A stretch of 64,000 bases of DNA from Laetmonice hystrix (lineage: Eukaryota), in the NCBI GenBank assembly GCA_965235115.1, contig OZ249436.1:34970001-35034000 (forward strand). Reading direction: 5' to 3'. This document shows positions 39,201 to 54,300 of this stretch, piece by piece. The first letter of the stretch is position 1, and each line of letters starts with the position of its first letter. A model generated the notes under the pieces. The model worked only from the letters and a program-made list of their open reading frames with translations, ran no database searches and was not told the DNA's origin. A program made the position numbers and the translations under genes.

Positions 39201-41418
39201 GGGATTGTTGGTTGTCTCTCGTGCCAGAGCTGCCAGAATGCCTGCGTGCCTTGTGTCCCAGCTTCCACATCCCACCAGCACATTGTGAGATGGCAGGGTT
39301 TAGTTTAAGAAAACGGTGAGATGTATTTCACCGTCAGGATACTTGCTTGTTAGTGTCTGTCTGAGGTGAGTTGGTGGGGAAAGAATTCACTGGCTACACT
39401 TAGTGGAACCCGCTTGTATAATTCTCCTAGATGACTCCTGTTGGATTCCATTTGAACGAAACCACCGACACAGTTTGTATAGAATGTAGACCCCTGTCAC
39501 TGTTTATCGTTGGTATGTTTCTTGTATGTGGTAATCACGTATCTGTACAAGTAAAGTAAAGGTGAACTAACAAAAGAGGGACTGTTGTCGACAGGTGATA
39601 AAAAACAGTAGTGTTGTTGGAAGGTTTAAACTGGAGGGTTGCTTCCTGAAGACAGAAAGGATAAACTGTGTTCTCATGATGTTTGTACATTGTAGTTAGT
39701 GATATCCGTAAGAGACAACCACAGTCTAGTCGTTCATGTTTGCACTGGTCTAATCTCACGTGCTATTTCAGCCCGTGTTAGAAACCGCTGTATTTTACAT
39801 GTGAAGGTGTTTTATAGAAAACTACCGACCGTTAATAATGGCTTGCTAGACAGGTGTGAGGGCTGTAATTAACCCCGAAGAGACCATCGGTAACCGACCC
39901 AATGTTTGACTGACCGTAATGTACCTGTCTCTCAAAGGACCAAATGTTAAATCAGGAAATGGCTGATCTGATCATTCATAGATTCGGTCCAAGACTCCTT
40001 TGCCAAAACTTGAACCAAGACAGATGTCGAAAATTGATACCACTAGGTGTAAAATGGTCCAGCCTTATGTAACTTGTAACCATTCGAACTATAGTTGAAC
40101 AAATAACAATGTTGGTATTTCCATTTCTACAAAGTCAGTAACGTAGAATGTGAAGAATATGGTGCAGTGTTTGGTAGGCTGCCTGGTAATATATACATGT
40201 AGTCTTATTTCTATCACAGCGATAGACTTAGCGTACGTAAAGTTCACCAATGGCCGATTCGTCGACTGAGTGCCCACGTTACCACCGCTCGCTAACCATC
40301 GAATCAATTTAACTTTATACACATCTGTGTTAACTGTGGCTGTTTGTGGTTAACCCCAGCCGTATTCCTTACCATACTTCAAACTCCATCCCAGAGCTAG
40401 TCCAATATAGCGGACTAGCAGTATGGGTAACTGGTGTGCACTGTAGTATTCATGATCGAGATTTTTGTCATAATGTCTGGCATAACTTATAAATGCGTCT
40501 TTTCTTTTAATGTTTACGCAAACTGAGTACATATATTAGTGACACTTATTGACAGCAAATTAACACAAGCTTGTAAATCGCGTATTTGCAAAATACACTT
40601 CGTAGTTTTTAATGCAAATAACGCCTCCATTTCATTGACTGTATAAGATTATCATTATGTGAGATTGGAACTTCCTTTCCCTTATGTAAGTCAGAGTACT
40701 GGAAATATTGAGAGATGTTTTACAGCTAAAACTCTGAAGTAACTCTGCTATGGTCAACGGAACAGGAAAAATGTGATAATGATTTAAAATGTTGCGTCGC
40801 TGTTTCAACCGTCTCTCTTTTACTGCTGTGATTTCACCTTGTTGCAGTGTAAGATGTCTTACATAAAGTATACAGTAGTCTTTTAGTCCTCTGGCTTTTA
40901 TATGTGAAATCAAAGTATAACTTGTTTTTAAGGAATAAAATAAGTATATCATAAAACCATTCGTTCGTGTGTAGTTATAATGAAAATGGAAGTACCGGTA
41001 TACGTGTTGGTAAGGGCAGGATCGTACAGGGGTTCGAGCAACCTTTGCTGGGGGGGGGGGGGGGGGGGGGGGGGCTAATCATCGGGCAAAACCATATTAT
41101 TAGGCCAAGACCAAAAATATTATGACAACTGTGATCATAATTGGGTGATAAAAATAACATCGTCCACAATTTAGGTGGGGGCTCCAGCCCCCCCCCCCCC
41201 CGATCCCGCGGCCCCCACCCACAAGGTTATTCACTACATTGATTGATATCGGTACGGGCCATGTAGACAACTGGGTTGAAAGGGGGCACCGGCAGCACTC
41301 TCTTAACCTATTATCAGAGAACTGTGGTATTATACAACAATGTATAGATCTGCTGTGCCTGTAGTGAGCTTTTGTCGCCATCTATCGGTATCAGTTTGAA
41401 CAACACGTAGGAAGTCGG

Positions 41419-41432
41419 CCACTAGAGGGCAG
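41419..41432 (+). promoter_or_regulatory. CTCF consensus-like site upstream of ELP1
   Basis: CCACTAGAGGGCAG; a second, oppositely oriented CTCF-like site (CCGATAGATGGCGAC, minus strand) lies at 41374-41388. Confidence 0.55.
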
Positions 41433-41434
41433 TA

Positions 41435-41613
41435 CGGAGCATGTCAGGTACTTTCAGAAGACCGGTGTAGCCTGTAGGAACCACGATCAACGAGAAGTTC
41501 AAATTATGACTAGGATATAACCAGAAGATAAAAATCAACGCTCAGAGACAGTCGTATAGACAACACTTCACGGTGTTGATAAGGTCAGCCGGTGTCAGCA
41601 ATCTGGGACAAAG
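41435..41613 (+). other. Probable non-coding first exon of ELP1 (start approximate)
   Basis: Strong donor AAG|GTAAGC at 41613/41614 before a CpG-rich intron start; acceptor TTTCAG ends at 42322, 8 nt before the ATG. Confidence 0.55.
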
Positions 41614-42330
41614 GTAAGCTGTTTGAGCGAAATGTGGGCGATAATGCAGGATTAAACGTGGCCACGTGAAGACTGAGTGAAGGTGGATGGATGTTGCCTC
41701 CCGTTGTGGGTTCCGGAGGTCCGGGAGGGCGGTGATCGAGTGATCGGAGGGGACGTCCCGGTACCCGTTGTAGTCCGACAGGAGGGCCATCATCGGGGGG
41801 CGGGCGGCGTGGCGCCTGGGTTGGCCCCGCGGAGTGGGGTCAACGGGGGGGGGGGGGGAGGGGGGCGGACAGCGGTGACAGGGTCGGCGGTGGGGACGTC
41901 CTAGCGAGACTCAGACAGAGGGAAGGCTGCTACCGCTAGCACACGTTCATTTTGAACTGGCCATTTTTTATAAACATTATGCAGCCAGAAGGGTCCGAAA
42001 TGTTCGGCGTCCCTAAAAAAAAGGCGAAACATATTAAAAATTAAAATTCCTTCCTCATAACCATTCCTACCCCTGGACCTGTGTTATCTCATTCACTAAC
42101 TGTTGACAGCTGACTTGCTAGCGAATTGCTACACAAATTATAACTATTGCTATACAAAATTGGTTTTGCATCACAAAAAATTGCTACGCATTTTTTCCAC
42201 AACATTTCGGACCCTGTGCAGAAATGCAGATTAAAACTCGAAACAACAAATAATATACTAATTTGGGAAATTGTATCTTGAGATTGTATGATTATTGGAA
42301 GTTGGCATTTTTAAAATTTCAGCAATAAAG

Positions 42331-45300
42331 ATGAGGAATTTGCAGCTCCTGAGTAGTCTGCAAACACATGGAGGGAACAACCTTACTGGGGTCCAGCACA
42401 TGTCAGTGGACTATGACACTGGAATTGTTTACTGTGCTACCAGTTCCAGCATTCAAGTGTTAGATCAAGAACGCCTTGAGGTATGTCTGAATAAAATTTC
42501 CTATTACAGATTTTGATATTCAGGCACTTTTCTCACTGCGTTAGTATGTCATCAACAGTCATCTAATGATATTTATTACAGTTATTGAAAGGTCTTGATT
42601 TTATTCTTCAGTGTGTACAGCAAGTGTCACTTGTGGAAGCAGGCTACCTTCCTTCAGATGGCAGTGGAAAGTTGGTTGGTCTTCAGTATCTTCCTGATCA
42701 GATGTCTGCATGTGTTTCCACATCAACAGGGGACGTAGTCGTCTGGAATCCAGCCACATCTCAGGTCTGTTTTAGTCATAACTTGTAACTTATACTTCAC
42801 TACCTTCTTCAGAAGTAAAAGGTAGTTATTCTGCAAGGTTGTTTAAAAAAATATATTCTACAGAGAAAGATAAAGGTATTTTACAGAGTATCATATGACT
42901 TTATATTTGATTGTTAACAGGTAGAATGTGTCGGTACTGTAGACAGTGGTCTGAGAGCCATGGAATGGAGCCCTGACCATGAACTTCTTGTCTTGGCAAC
43001 AGGTGAGTGTTTTTCCATTTACAAAATTGAAGACTGGTATGTAGCACTGTATGATTCGTGTAGACTGGTATGATTTTCCTTGACATATAATTAATAGCCT
43101 ATTTGGCTATGAGTTTAACGCTGCTTTGATTTCTATGAGGAAATCTTGTTGAAATCATTCAAATCAATCTTATTTTAGGTCAGGACACACTTATCCTGAT
43201 GACTCGAGAATTTGATCCCATCACTGAAGTTAATATGCAACCAGAAGACTTTGGTGACGGTAGGTGTTGCATTGGCATTGTTTATATTTGAGCCCTCTTT
43301 CAGACACTTACAAATGGAGTTTGAAACAGTGTTTCACTTTCAGTGTGACATACTGACTCTCTGTTGTAGCAAAGTTTGTCAGTGTTGGATGGGGAAAGAA
43401 AGAGACTCAGTTCCATGGTTCTGAAGGAAAACAGGCTGCCTTGAAGAAACAAGAGGTAATTTTTCAACAACTTTCTTTGCCACTGTGGGAACTATACGTG
43501 CATATTGTGACAAATGGATACCTGATCGCAGATAGAAGAACAGTTTTTGAACCAAAGAATAGGAGAACAGGGCAAAGTGACAAGTTCATCTTTGATTTAC
43601 AGGATATCAAACCAGCCTTTGCCTGGGATGACGCCAAGGTACGGATCAGTTGGCATGGAGATGGCCAGTACTTTGTCATCAGTCACATCAATCAGGCATC
43701 AGGTGGGTGATTCCTTCTTCACCCTTCTAAAGTTCTGATCCAAATTTAAACTATCAGTCAGCTTTCACATAATGAAAGAAAAATCTTCAATGATATTTTG
43801 CGAATTTTTCTGACAGGAGCAAGACAACTACGGATTTGGAGTCGGGAAATGGTGCTTTATTCAACTAGTGAAAATGTAGATGGCTTGGAGCAGGCCCTTG
43901 CCTGGAAGTAAGTTTGTGTTGAGCTGTAGTAAAGTATCTGGAATTAATTACATGTATTTTAATAGCCTTGGTAACTACGAGAAAGATTAAAAAAAGATGT
44001 AATTAACATAGAATGCTGGGCCAGTGCTTTTGTTTTTAATGTAAGGTTTGTTGATTGCAGGCCCTCAGGTCGCCTTATAGCCTCGTCCCAAAGACGACCC
44101 AACAAACATGATATTGTCTTCTTTGAGAAGAATGGACTTAGACATGGAGAGTTTACATTACCTTTTGGAGTTAATGAGGTGAAGGTATGGAATAATTAAA
44201 TTCACCTTAAACATTTTATGGTTTCACTTTTTTTCACATTTACGGTAGGCTCTGTTTGTTGGCAAACACCATAAAAATACTACTTTAGAACTTTTTCTTA
44301 TCAGATTAGGGTCAGTCTTTGACCGCATGTGTTCTGTCTAATCGGTCCAATGTTACCTGGCCTGCAGGTACTGGAGGTGGAGTGGAATAATGATTCCAAT
44401 GTCCTGATGGTGTGGTGTGAGGAGAGACAAGCAGAAAACACTGACGAGAAGCTCTCTGCTCCCAAGTCATATGGTATGACATGATGATTCTATTAGATCT
44501 AGAAGTTATTTACCAAACAAGGCAAAGTCAGAGTTATTCACATACAATTTCTGGTATTTGTCCCATGTACCCCGGTAATCTTTTATAATACAATTTTCAA
44601 ACTGGTACATTAGCATGTTCATGTCTCAGACATTACATAATTTATGTCTTACTTTGCAGTACAATTATGGACAGTTAGCAATTACCACTGGTACCTAAAG
44701 CAGAGCCTATTGTTTGACGGTGGTCAGTCAGAGCAAGTCGCTGTTGTCCAGTGGGACCCTGACCATGCCTACAGACTACACCTGGTCTGTGCAGGTGGGC
44801 AGTACCTCCAGTACCACTTCTCCTGGACCACCCATCAAAGCCGTGGACAGTCAGCAACTGACCTGGCCCCTGTGGCTGTCATTGATGGAAGTAGGTCTCC
44901 AGATTGTTTTAAAACTAATATTGATGCAAAAAACCAGTTCATCTGACAAAATGTAATTTTTTTTTACATTTTAAGAATAATATTTTAAAATCTGATTTTC
45001 CCTGTTTACTAAGTAGTCTTTTTACTATGTTGAATTAAATAGCATTCTGTATGATAAATTGATGAATAGTACATTTTAGGTCACTTACAAGTTAGCAATG
45101 GATGAAAAATTGGTTTTGCAGTTTCCCCATTCTTGCCATACTGTTATATCATTACGTTAGACCAGAGAATCTTCCAATATTAGCTAATAAGCTGTTTGGT
45201 AAATCCAACCACAGTAAGTCAGAAAATGTCCTACCATGTATATGCCTTTGAATAAATGAATTGATACAGTTGTTGTTTTAAAATCAGACAAGGTCCTCGT

Positions 45301-48300
45301 GACACCCTTTCGATCCATGGTAGTCCCCCCTCCAATGTGTGCATACCACCTCCAGCTGTCAACGCAGGTCAACGCAGTGACCTTTGGTCCACCGAGTCAT
45401 CCCAATGATATGGCCATTCTTCTGGCTGATGGAAGTCTTGCTGTATATAAATATATTTCAGGTAAGGTTGATGATGAGTAGACTAAAACTTTCACAACAA
45501 TTTTTTTAATTACAGTACGGTCGTCGTATAAAACAACTGGTTCATATAAGAGTTTCATCAAATGTTGATATGCTATATTATTATCTAGCCTTTACTTGCA
45601 GACAGTAATGAGTGTTGTCCATCAGTGAAGGTGGGAGCATCCGGAGGTTCTAACTTTAAGGTTCAGTGCCAGCTTCCGATGCAAGTGACTGTTTTCAAGT
45701 AAGGATTTATGAATTTATTGCATTGATATTTAATGCTTTATGTGATTGCAATTTACCCATAACGAGAAATGAGGAATATTATTTTGAAAATGGCAGCAGC
45801 AAGATAATTTGAGCATTGTGTATTTTTTTACATTTTAGAATTAATTTGGAGTCGGACCTCGAGTGTTGGCCTCTACAGCTGTACCACATGACGTGGGTAG
45901 ATCCTGAGACTGTGATGGCATGTGGGCGAGATGGGCAGAGCAGGCAGAACACCCTCTACCTGCTACAGCTGGTCTACACCGAGGCATGCTGCAGACTGGT
46001 GTAAGTGTATACAGTGGACAAAGTTCTAGACCACGATTTCTGCATTGTGGCATCCCTGATAAAACCCTGCGGAATATACTGGGAAGGAAAGGAAACAGAA
46101 TTTTACAATCCACGGTAATGCAGTTTTCTGGAGTACGGTTTCTTTCATTTTTTTATTTAGGAAAACTATTCAAGTTCCGGGGACTGTGATAGGGACTGCC
46201 CCGAGTGTGGTGACAGGCCGGGTGGTGCTGCAGCTCTCTGATGGTACCTTACTCTTGTTTACCACTGACACTGGAACCCTGGAAGCTTTCACTGACCAGG
46301 ATGGCCGCCAGGTCTGCTTCCCCCAACCATGCTCACAGATGGCAGTCTGTTACCTGGGAGGACAGGTGTGGGAACTTTTCTACTTGTATCTGAAGGGTAC
46401 TTGTAAGAATACCTAGTCAAATATTTACTTTTGAGGTGGGACCACTGTCGTACATATTCTTGTGCATGTTTAGGGCAGGAAAGATTTGGTGCTGTACAAG
46501 GTAGAAACAAAACTGATAACAATTAATCATGCTTCTTTACATGGAGTTTAAAGAGGGAGTAAAGCAGCAGTAAATAGAAAAAGTAACTATAAAATAATAA
46601 TGTACTAGTCACAGAACCATACATTCTTAATGCGTGGAGGGCCAGCTTTTCTTTTAGTAGAAACATTATATGGAATATGATACGTTTTCTACATATATTG
46701 CAGACCCTCTTGTCTTCTGTTGCAGGAAGTTGTCTTGGGACTGACAGACAGATTTAGGTTTTATGTCAATGATGTTGAGGTATGCCAAATGAACAGATGC
46801 AGGAGCATGATGTATTCAGTAAAATGATAGGTTCCGACTTTCTGTAATTTTAACCTTTGATACAGGTTAAAATGGTTTGAAAAAATGTTGCATTCTATAA
46901 TGAGTGACTATGGCACAGTTCACTATGCTAGAGCGTAACATGTATTTTCACTTGTTTCCCTGCAGGTGGCCAACAACTGTACATCGTTTGCCCTCCATAA
47001 TGAATTCTTGCTCCTCTCAACTCATGCACACACCTGTCGCTACATCTGCAGGAATACTCAACTAAAAGGTATTTATTATAAACTACGAGATATGAAAACA
47101 ACGAAATACTATTCTTATAGTGGATACCTAGTTTGGTCAACTGAGACTAACAAGAGTTCCATCAAATCTTTCTTTTGTGAAGTAGGAATTATTTGAGCCT
47201 AAATTGTGACCAGTGATTTCCTGTTGTAGAATTACCAACACTGGTGGATGGGAAGGCCCATCCATTTGATGAGAGTGTTCGTCGTGTAGAACGGGGATCG
47301 AGAATCGTTCATGTTGTTTCTGACGATACCAAGCTCATTCTACAGATGCCTCGTGGTAACCTTGAAACCATCCACCCACGAGCCTTGGTCCTTGCTGCTG
47401 TCAGAAAGGGCCTTGATAGGTACATCAATCTTACTTCAGCAAATCTATGATGAAAAAATTAGCGCTATTATTAAATAATCGTGAGGCGCTCCTGAGTAGT
47501 GAATGTATTTGCCTTTTAGTCAGGTTATTGAAATGTTTATTGTTTCTCTCAGAATTTCTTATACAGTAGAGTCCCGCATAAGGACCATCCCGCTAGTAAG
47601 ACCATCTCGTCATTAAGACCACTTTGGTCCAGTCCCGATTTTCCTGCTCTATAAACATGTTTATCGGATACCCGCTCAGGAGACCACTCGCTATTAAGAC
47701 CAACTCAGATGTGACCACCTAATTCCCAGTCCCAACCGGCCTGGGTGTACTCAGCACTGAGACCACAGCAGGATTGCCCACAGCCCAAGGTGTGAACTGT
47801 CAATCACTAGGGCCGTCACTATGGTGTAATCACACTTACAACTTCAGATACCTGTTCAAACAATCACACCTCCACCTTTAAACAACTGAGTTCGAGCTGA
47901 GATTTTATCACTTTTCTATAAAGGGGCCAAATCCACGACAGTTAGCTCTTCAGAAGGTTCAGATCTAAAGGACTGCCAGGCAGTGTGTAAGATTAACGAT
48001 GCACCCTGCGACATGCTGCATTAATTTTGCGTCGGACGCATCCAAACCTTGGACTTTTGCGCCCATGTGAGCGTCACCGGTGGTGGTAATGGGGTGGGGT
48101 TGGGTGATGGTAGGGGTAATGGTGTGTGTGCTATAGGGGACCCTACCTGGGGGTCTGGCTCTCGGCGTCACCGGCAACCGGCCTGCCCTTGCCCCCCACC
48201 CCCCACCTCTCCACTCCCGGCCCATGTGGTGCTTGACCGGCCCCTCTTCCCGTCGGTCACCACAGATTTCGGCTGCTGTGCCAACCCAGGCCCCATGCCG

Positions 48301-51300
48301 CCAGCCGATAACCACCCTCCCGACGACGGTCCTCTCCCTTCCCGGCTGGTCGGTCCCACTACGCCCCCTCCCGATGACCGTCAGAATCCACAACCGGTGC
48401 AGCATACATGCGGCCGCTCGGCGCCTCCCCTATACCCGGCACAGGGAGGGGGGCGCACTGTGGGGGTGGGGTAGGGGGGTCAGAAGGGTGCCCGTGCCAA
48501 GGGAGGGGTCACAGGAGGAGTTCCCCCCCCCCCCCCGCTTCCCTCTGAGACCCCCAATTCACATTCCCGCTATTAAGACCAACCCGCACTGAGACCGCAA
48601 ACCGCCCAGTCCCAAAGGTGGTCTCCTAAGCGGGACTCTACTGTATGTTTGAAACTAGACATTTATCATTCTGTAGCTTCTATTTTCAAATAGTTTTCAG
48701 TGGAAGGCATTCCAAGTTTTGGTCCTGTTGAGAATCTCTTGTGTTCATACATGTGCAAACTGTTTTGCAGAATGGATTTCTCTGAAGCATTTAACTTGAT
48801 GCGAAAACATCGCATTAATCTGAATTTGATCTATGACCACAACCCAGACACCTTTCTCAATAATGTAGACGTACTGGTACATCAGTTGGCTTCTGTCAAC
48901 AATCTCAGCCTGTTCATCACAGATCTACAGTGAGTAAAGCATTTGTTAATGGTGAAAAGTATAGCATCTTTATAACACAAAGGCAAAGAAAATTGGCCCC
49001 CTTGGAAAAAAAACACAAATACAGACCAGGTCATTGTCTTTTAGTAGAAGTGTTTGCTGATCAAAACACACAAAAACACCTTGCTTATCCTTATTTATTT
49101 ACAATATGTTGACAACATCAAAGGTTACATAGATCATAGATATTTCAGGACGAATTCCATGTCGTCTTAGTAAGCCTATATATAAAAAGTGCTCAGAATT
49201 CTGGTATTGAACCTGGATTTATTTCAGAGAGGAGGATGTAACCATTACCATGTACATGGAAGCTTATAATAGAACAAAGAACCAGCAACTAAAGTCGTCA
49301 AAATCCTCAGTCAGTAAAGTGGATATTGTATGTGATGCCCTGCGAGAAGTACTTGTCAAAACTGATCAACATAAGTGAGTACCGGGTGTCCAGTAAAGAT
49401 TTTATAATACAGGGCTCATTTCATGTATACCTCTACCTCAGTGGCCTACTGGTAACTCGGTGCCTTCTGAGCTTATTCTTTTACTCATTTAAAAAGTTAA
49501 AGACATAGAGACAGCTCTTTGCAAATTACATTTAGAAAAGCTTAGGTCAAAGGATCTTGCTGTCTTGCATATGATACACTTGATATTTTTCTAAAAGTAC
49601 AGTCTTATTACCTCATACTTTATGTTGCCTTGAGATGTGGTTTGGGGTGCATTAACTGAACTGTGACATTCATCTTTCTTCACATTGACCCTAATATTTA
49701 TGCCTGTTTATTTCCACCTAGATACCTGCATTGTATTTTGACCACATATGTTAAGAAAACCAACCCGGACCTAGAAGTTGCCCTCTGCACCATCAAAACA
49801 TTAAAAGGTGACGGAAAATTTTATAAGCTTGTCTTTGGGCTAATGCTATGTGATTTCTTTCAGATAATAGAATCAGATTTTTTTTCAGAAAGAGAAGATG
49901 TGAAGGAGGGATTAGTGAAGGCAGAGGAGGCCCTCAAATATCTTATCTTTCTCGTGGATGTAAATGAGTTGTTTGACCATGCCCTCGGCACGTATGACTT
50001 TGACCTAGTGCTCATGGTAGCGGAAAAGTCCCAAAAGGTAAGAATGATGACGGGTTTTAATTCTCTTTGTGTATGGGGGGATACAAAAGAATAATGGCCG
50101 TATCTGTGCCATACTCTTTGCATACTCCCCTGGCAGAGACGTCTGTTCATTATTTTCGGACAAGTTTATGATAAAGTTACAAGGAAGATTTTTAGATTTC
50201 CAATAACTTTAAGATTTTACCGTAATATAGTATTATATAGTTACACAACATGGCCTTGTTGCTTTAAACCCGTGATAGAATGTGAATGTGGAGAGACAAT
50301 TGTTTCGTGGTAAATGTATGTGATATCAAATCTGTTTCAGGATCCGAAGGAGTATCTGCCATTCCTGAACAACCTGCGTAAAATGGAGACAAACTATCAA
50401 CGTTATAGCATTGATCTTTATTTGAAGCGTTACAGCAGAGCTTTAGAGCACATCACCAAGTGTGGTAAGGGTCTTTTACCAGTCACAGTTATAATATACG
50501 GTTCCCTTATTGGCAAAGGAGAGAATAGCAAATACATACGTGTATTGTACTATTCATTGTCCAGTGGAAATATTGGAACTTCCATTATTCTGTCAAAAAG
50601 ATTGAAATGAATAAGATATGGTACATCTTAACAATCTAACTGTGCTCAGTGAAATGTGCCTTGTCTGACCATAACCTTTTCGTTTTGAGGCCAGAATGTT
50701 TTAGGCTGTAATTTCATGCTTTCCCCTCACCTGCCACCATTGCCACTGCTCAGTGAGTGTTTACTGAAGTTTTCTTTGTTTGCCCTGTGCCTGTCTAGAG
50801 GACCACTTCACTGACTGCCTGGCCCTGGTCAAACAACACAACCTGTATGCTGCGGCACTTAGACTTTTTCAAGTCACCAGTCAGCAATACAAGGTAAATG
50901 GCAGCTTAGGACCTGCCAAAGTCTGCAGTCCATATTTGAGCATATTATGAAATATACTTTGCACATATTTCTTTATAGGATTACCATCCCTATTTAATGA
51001 CATGTTGTCTTTATATACAGGTACTTTGTCTGTGGGGTATATGAAGTAAGGACTTAGTTTTTACCAGGGTGAATGCATGCCTTTTTTGGTTGTGTTTGCC
51101 ACTCCATAGACATCCCGAAACCTCCTTTGGTATTGAAATGCTTTGTCGCAGAACCTGGTATGTACATCTCTTGTAAAAATGATAGAAAAAATGCTTTGCA
51201 AAATTGTAATATCTCTCTGTCTATTTGTCCCCTCCTTTGGTTGACAGGACATTGCGGTAGCATACGGCGACTTCCTGAAGGAGAAAAGTTTACCAGATGA

Positions 51301-54300
51301 GGCAGCTATCATGTTCTGTAGAGCCGAGGAGTGGGCGTCGGCTCTGAGTGCCTTCCAACAGTGCCTTAACTGGCGGCAGGCAATCGTCACGGCACATAAA
51401 CTCAACTACAGCCGGGAGGCCATCGCTCAGATGTCGGCAGACCTAGCAAGTATGTGTCTCAACTCAATGACAGCACAGGGAAAAATACAGGCACACATAC
51501 AACACACATTAAAACACACACTGGCTGCAGACCTGGGGCCCCGTCTTACTCAGGGGTGCGTTTCTCATCTATCGTTATCCTGTCGTGCGTTAAAATCCCC
51601 ATTGAAAATGCATTAGAGTTAACGATACGACAAACAAACGACATGATGAGAAACATCCCCCAGGCTGGTTAATAATGAGATCGTTAAGTTAACGTAGCAG
51701 TGAATGGTGGCTGTAACCAGCGGCCTTCCATTCACTCAACTCAATGAAGAGTTTGCAAGGTAAATAAGTACTAACAGACAATGAACAGTTACCGGCATTC
51801 TGAATCTAAAAACTGCAGATATACACAATGATTGCTACATCGCCTGTGTTTAATCTTTAGGAAGATTGTGTGATGCATGGCGCTATGCAGAGGCTGCCTG
51901 TTTATTGGAGCAATATGCTGAAGTAAGTGCTTCTCCTACAAACAATGCTACCTCGTAATGTCAGTACATCTGTCGAAAATGTATTTAATCAAATTTAGAT
52001 TTACTATGGATTTCAAACCAGTGTTTCTATTTAAAATATATTTTATTGTAGGATGTTGAACAGGCCATTGTGACCCTCATCGATGGCGAAGTTTGGGAAG
52101 AGGCCCTGAGACTGGTACGGCTGCTTAAAGGTGCTATTCGTCTCGCACAGAATGGCATTTCTCCTATCATACATTGTGCACATAGTACTAGAAAAAATTC
52201 CTACCGATACCATTGGCCTGATAAACCTTCTATTAGTTTGTGTGCAGCATTTGAAACCTATCTCGGTGCGCACCGAGATAGAGCCATTTCCTATGGTGAG
52301 GCGTGTCAGGGTCTCCACAGGCCTTCTGAGAGAGCCCCATTTGTGCCGTTATCCATGAAAAATTTTGATTTCCTTTGTTGTGAATCTATTTCCATGATGG
52401 TGGGATCACATAAACGTCAACAAAATTTAAAATAAAAAAATTGAATTTTTGTTCACGAATAGCACCTTTAAGAACACTTGTTACTACCATCAACTTATCT
52501 CATCATCAGAGATTCACCAGAACGGAACGAAAGTATTTTCCTGTAGACTTTTTCTGGGGGTGGACAGAGTGTTTGAGACCTTAGTTTATTTATGTTGCAT
52601 GGGGTAGTGATGGTTTTAGGTTTTAATGTGGTCTTATAAAGCTTCATTACACATTTTTTTGCATTCGCAGGGAGGGGGACCCCCTTTCAAAAATTAAACC
52701 TACCCCCTTTCAAAAATTAAACCTGGTACCATTTCTTCCAGATGTATAAATACAACAGAACTGACTTTATCGAGACACATTTCAAAGATGCCTTGGTGAA
52801 GAGTTTTCAAACACACGAAGATGGCATAGAAAGTATTCACAGAGACTTTGAAAGACATCGTGACCGCTTGGCTGTCGTCAGGCAGCAAAAGGAAGAAGCC
52901 AGACTGGAACTGCTCGGTTAGTACTGGTAATTTATGATTTTCTCATGGAACCAAGGCTGTCTGTAAACCTAAACGTAATTATAGTGTTATCGTAAAGAGT
53001 TTTTATTGTAATTTTTGTGCCTTTATTTTCTCCGTGTGTGGAGTAGAAGGAGGAGGAGAGTACAATACGGCTGATGCCGATCTGTTCTCCGACACAAGTA
53101 GTGCTACAGGCGAGTCTGTGGTATCGTCCCGCTACTCTGGTACACACTCAATGAGATCTTCATCCTCGAGGTAAGTCAAAAACATGACAGCTTGAACACT
53201 TACAACGTGCCTCGATCTCCCCCTCCCCCCAGTTTTTTTTGCAGGAGAGGGGCCGGGAGAAGGGTTATATGAACTTATTCCTGTCGTAAATCATTTCAAA
53301 GATCAGGAGATGCTAACATGCTATAAATAGTTGGACAAAGGAATTCCTATCAATTGTATTTTCTGTTGCCATCCTAGGCGATCAGGAAAAGCGAGAAGAA
53401 AGATGGAAAGGAAGCAGTGGAGTTTAAAAGAAGGAAGCAGACATGAAGATCTTGCACTTATTGAGGCCCTGTCCAAGTTGTGCAAACAGGCCGATAGTAA
53501 AAAAGGTTGGTTCACAACATTCACAACGTCACAAAACACAACACAGCACAACCCATGAGCAAACAGATCTCTTTGTTCAGTATCCGCTGTGGTCAAACTT
53601 TTAGTTGGTCGCTGTCTGTAGTACAGTGCTCAGTTTGTTGGTTGTGTATTTGACAGAAGAGACCCACGCCCTACTACAGATGTTGGTGTTGTTCCATGAG
53701 GAGAGCAAGGCGTCCGTCCTCCAGGCCAAGTTTGACAGACTTCTGTCAGTGATAGGTACTTCCATCGCCGAGATCTGGGACCCGCTCACTGAGGCCGTCG
53801 GTACGGCGATTACTCCGGTAGGTAGCGCTCTCACCCAGTCTCCCCAACTTTTTCTGATACAGGTGGTGCCCTCTGGTGTTATTGTCAGAAGTTCCTGACC
53901 TGCCAGTCTGTCGCCCAAGTTGGGCGCCAAGTAGGGGAAAGTTTAATACCAATTATTTTTGATTATTAACAGGCATTGGGACCTGAGGCCACAACAAACA
54001 GCATCATAGCTGCCATGCGAGCAGGTGAACCGGTCACGACAGAGGTTAAACTAGGTGAGTGGTCCTTTATGTAATATGTTTTATTCCAATTATCTGGTGT
54101 TAAATAGACAGTAGCACCATGTGTGAGCGCCTCTGTGTTTGAGGCAATTTATTTGTTGAAATTATTTAACCAAATACTAGATGGAGCATACAGCGCCAAT
54201 TTCAGTATTTTTAACAGAATGTCGATTCGTTATTTACAGATCCCTCTGTACGAGTTCCACCAGCCATGGATAAGGACCGGGCTTGGCGGCTTCACTCCCT

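Noticed and set aside
36300..41300. Possible extra gene between ECD and ELP1
   Set aside because: Only short ORFs with no recognisable homology or consistent exon chain.
47965..48592. Overlapping 120-146 aa ORFs on both strands
   Set aside because: GC-rich interior of a non-autonomous TIR element; no transposase motifs.
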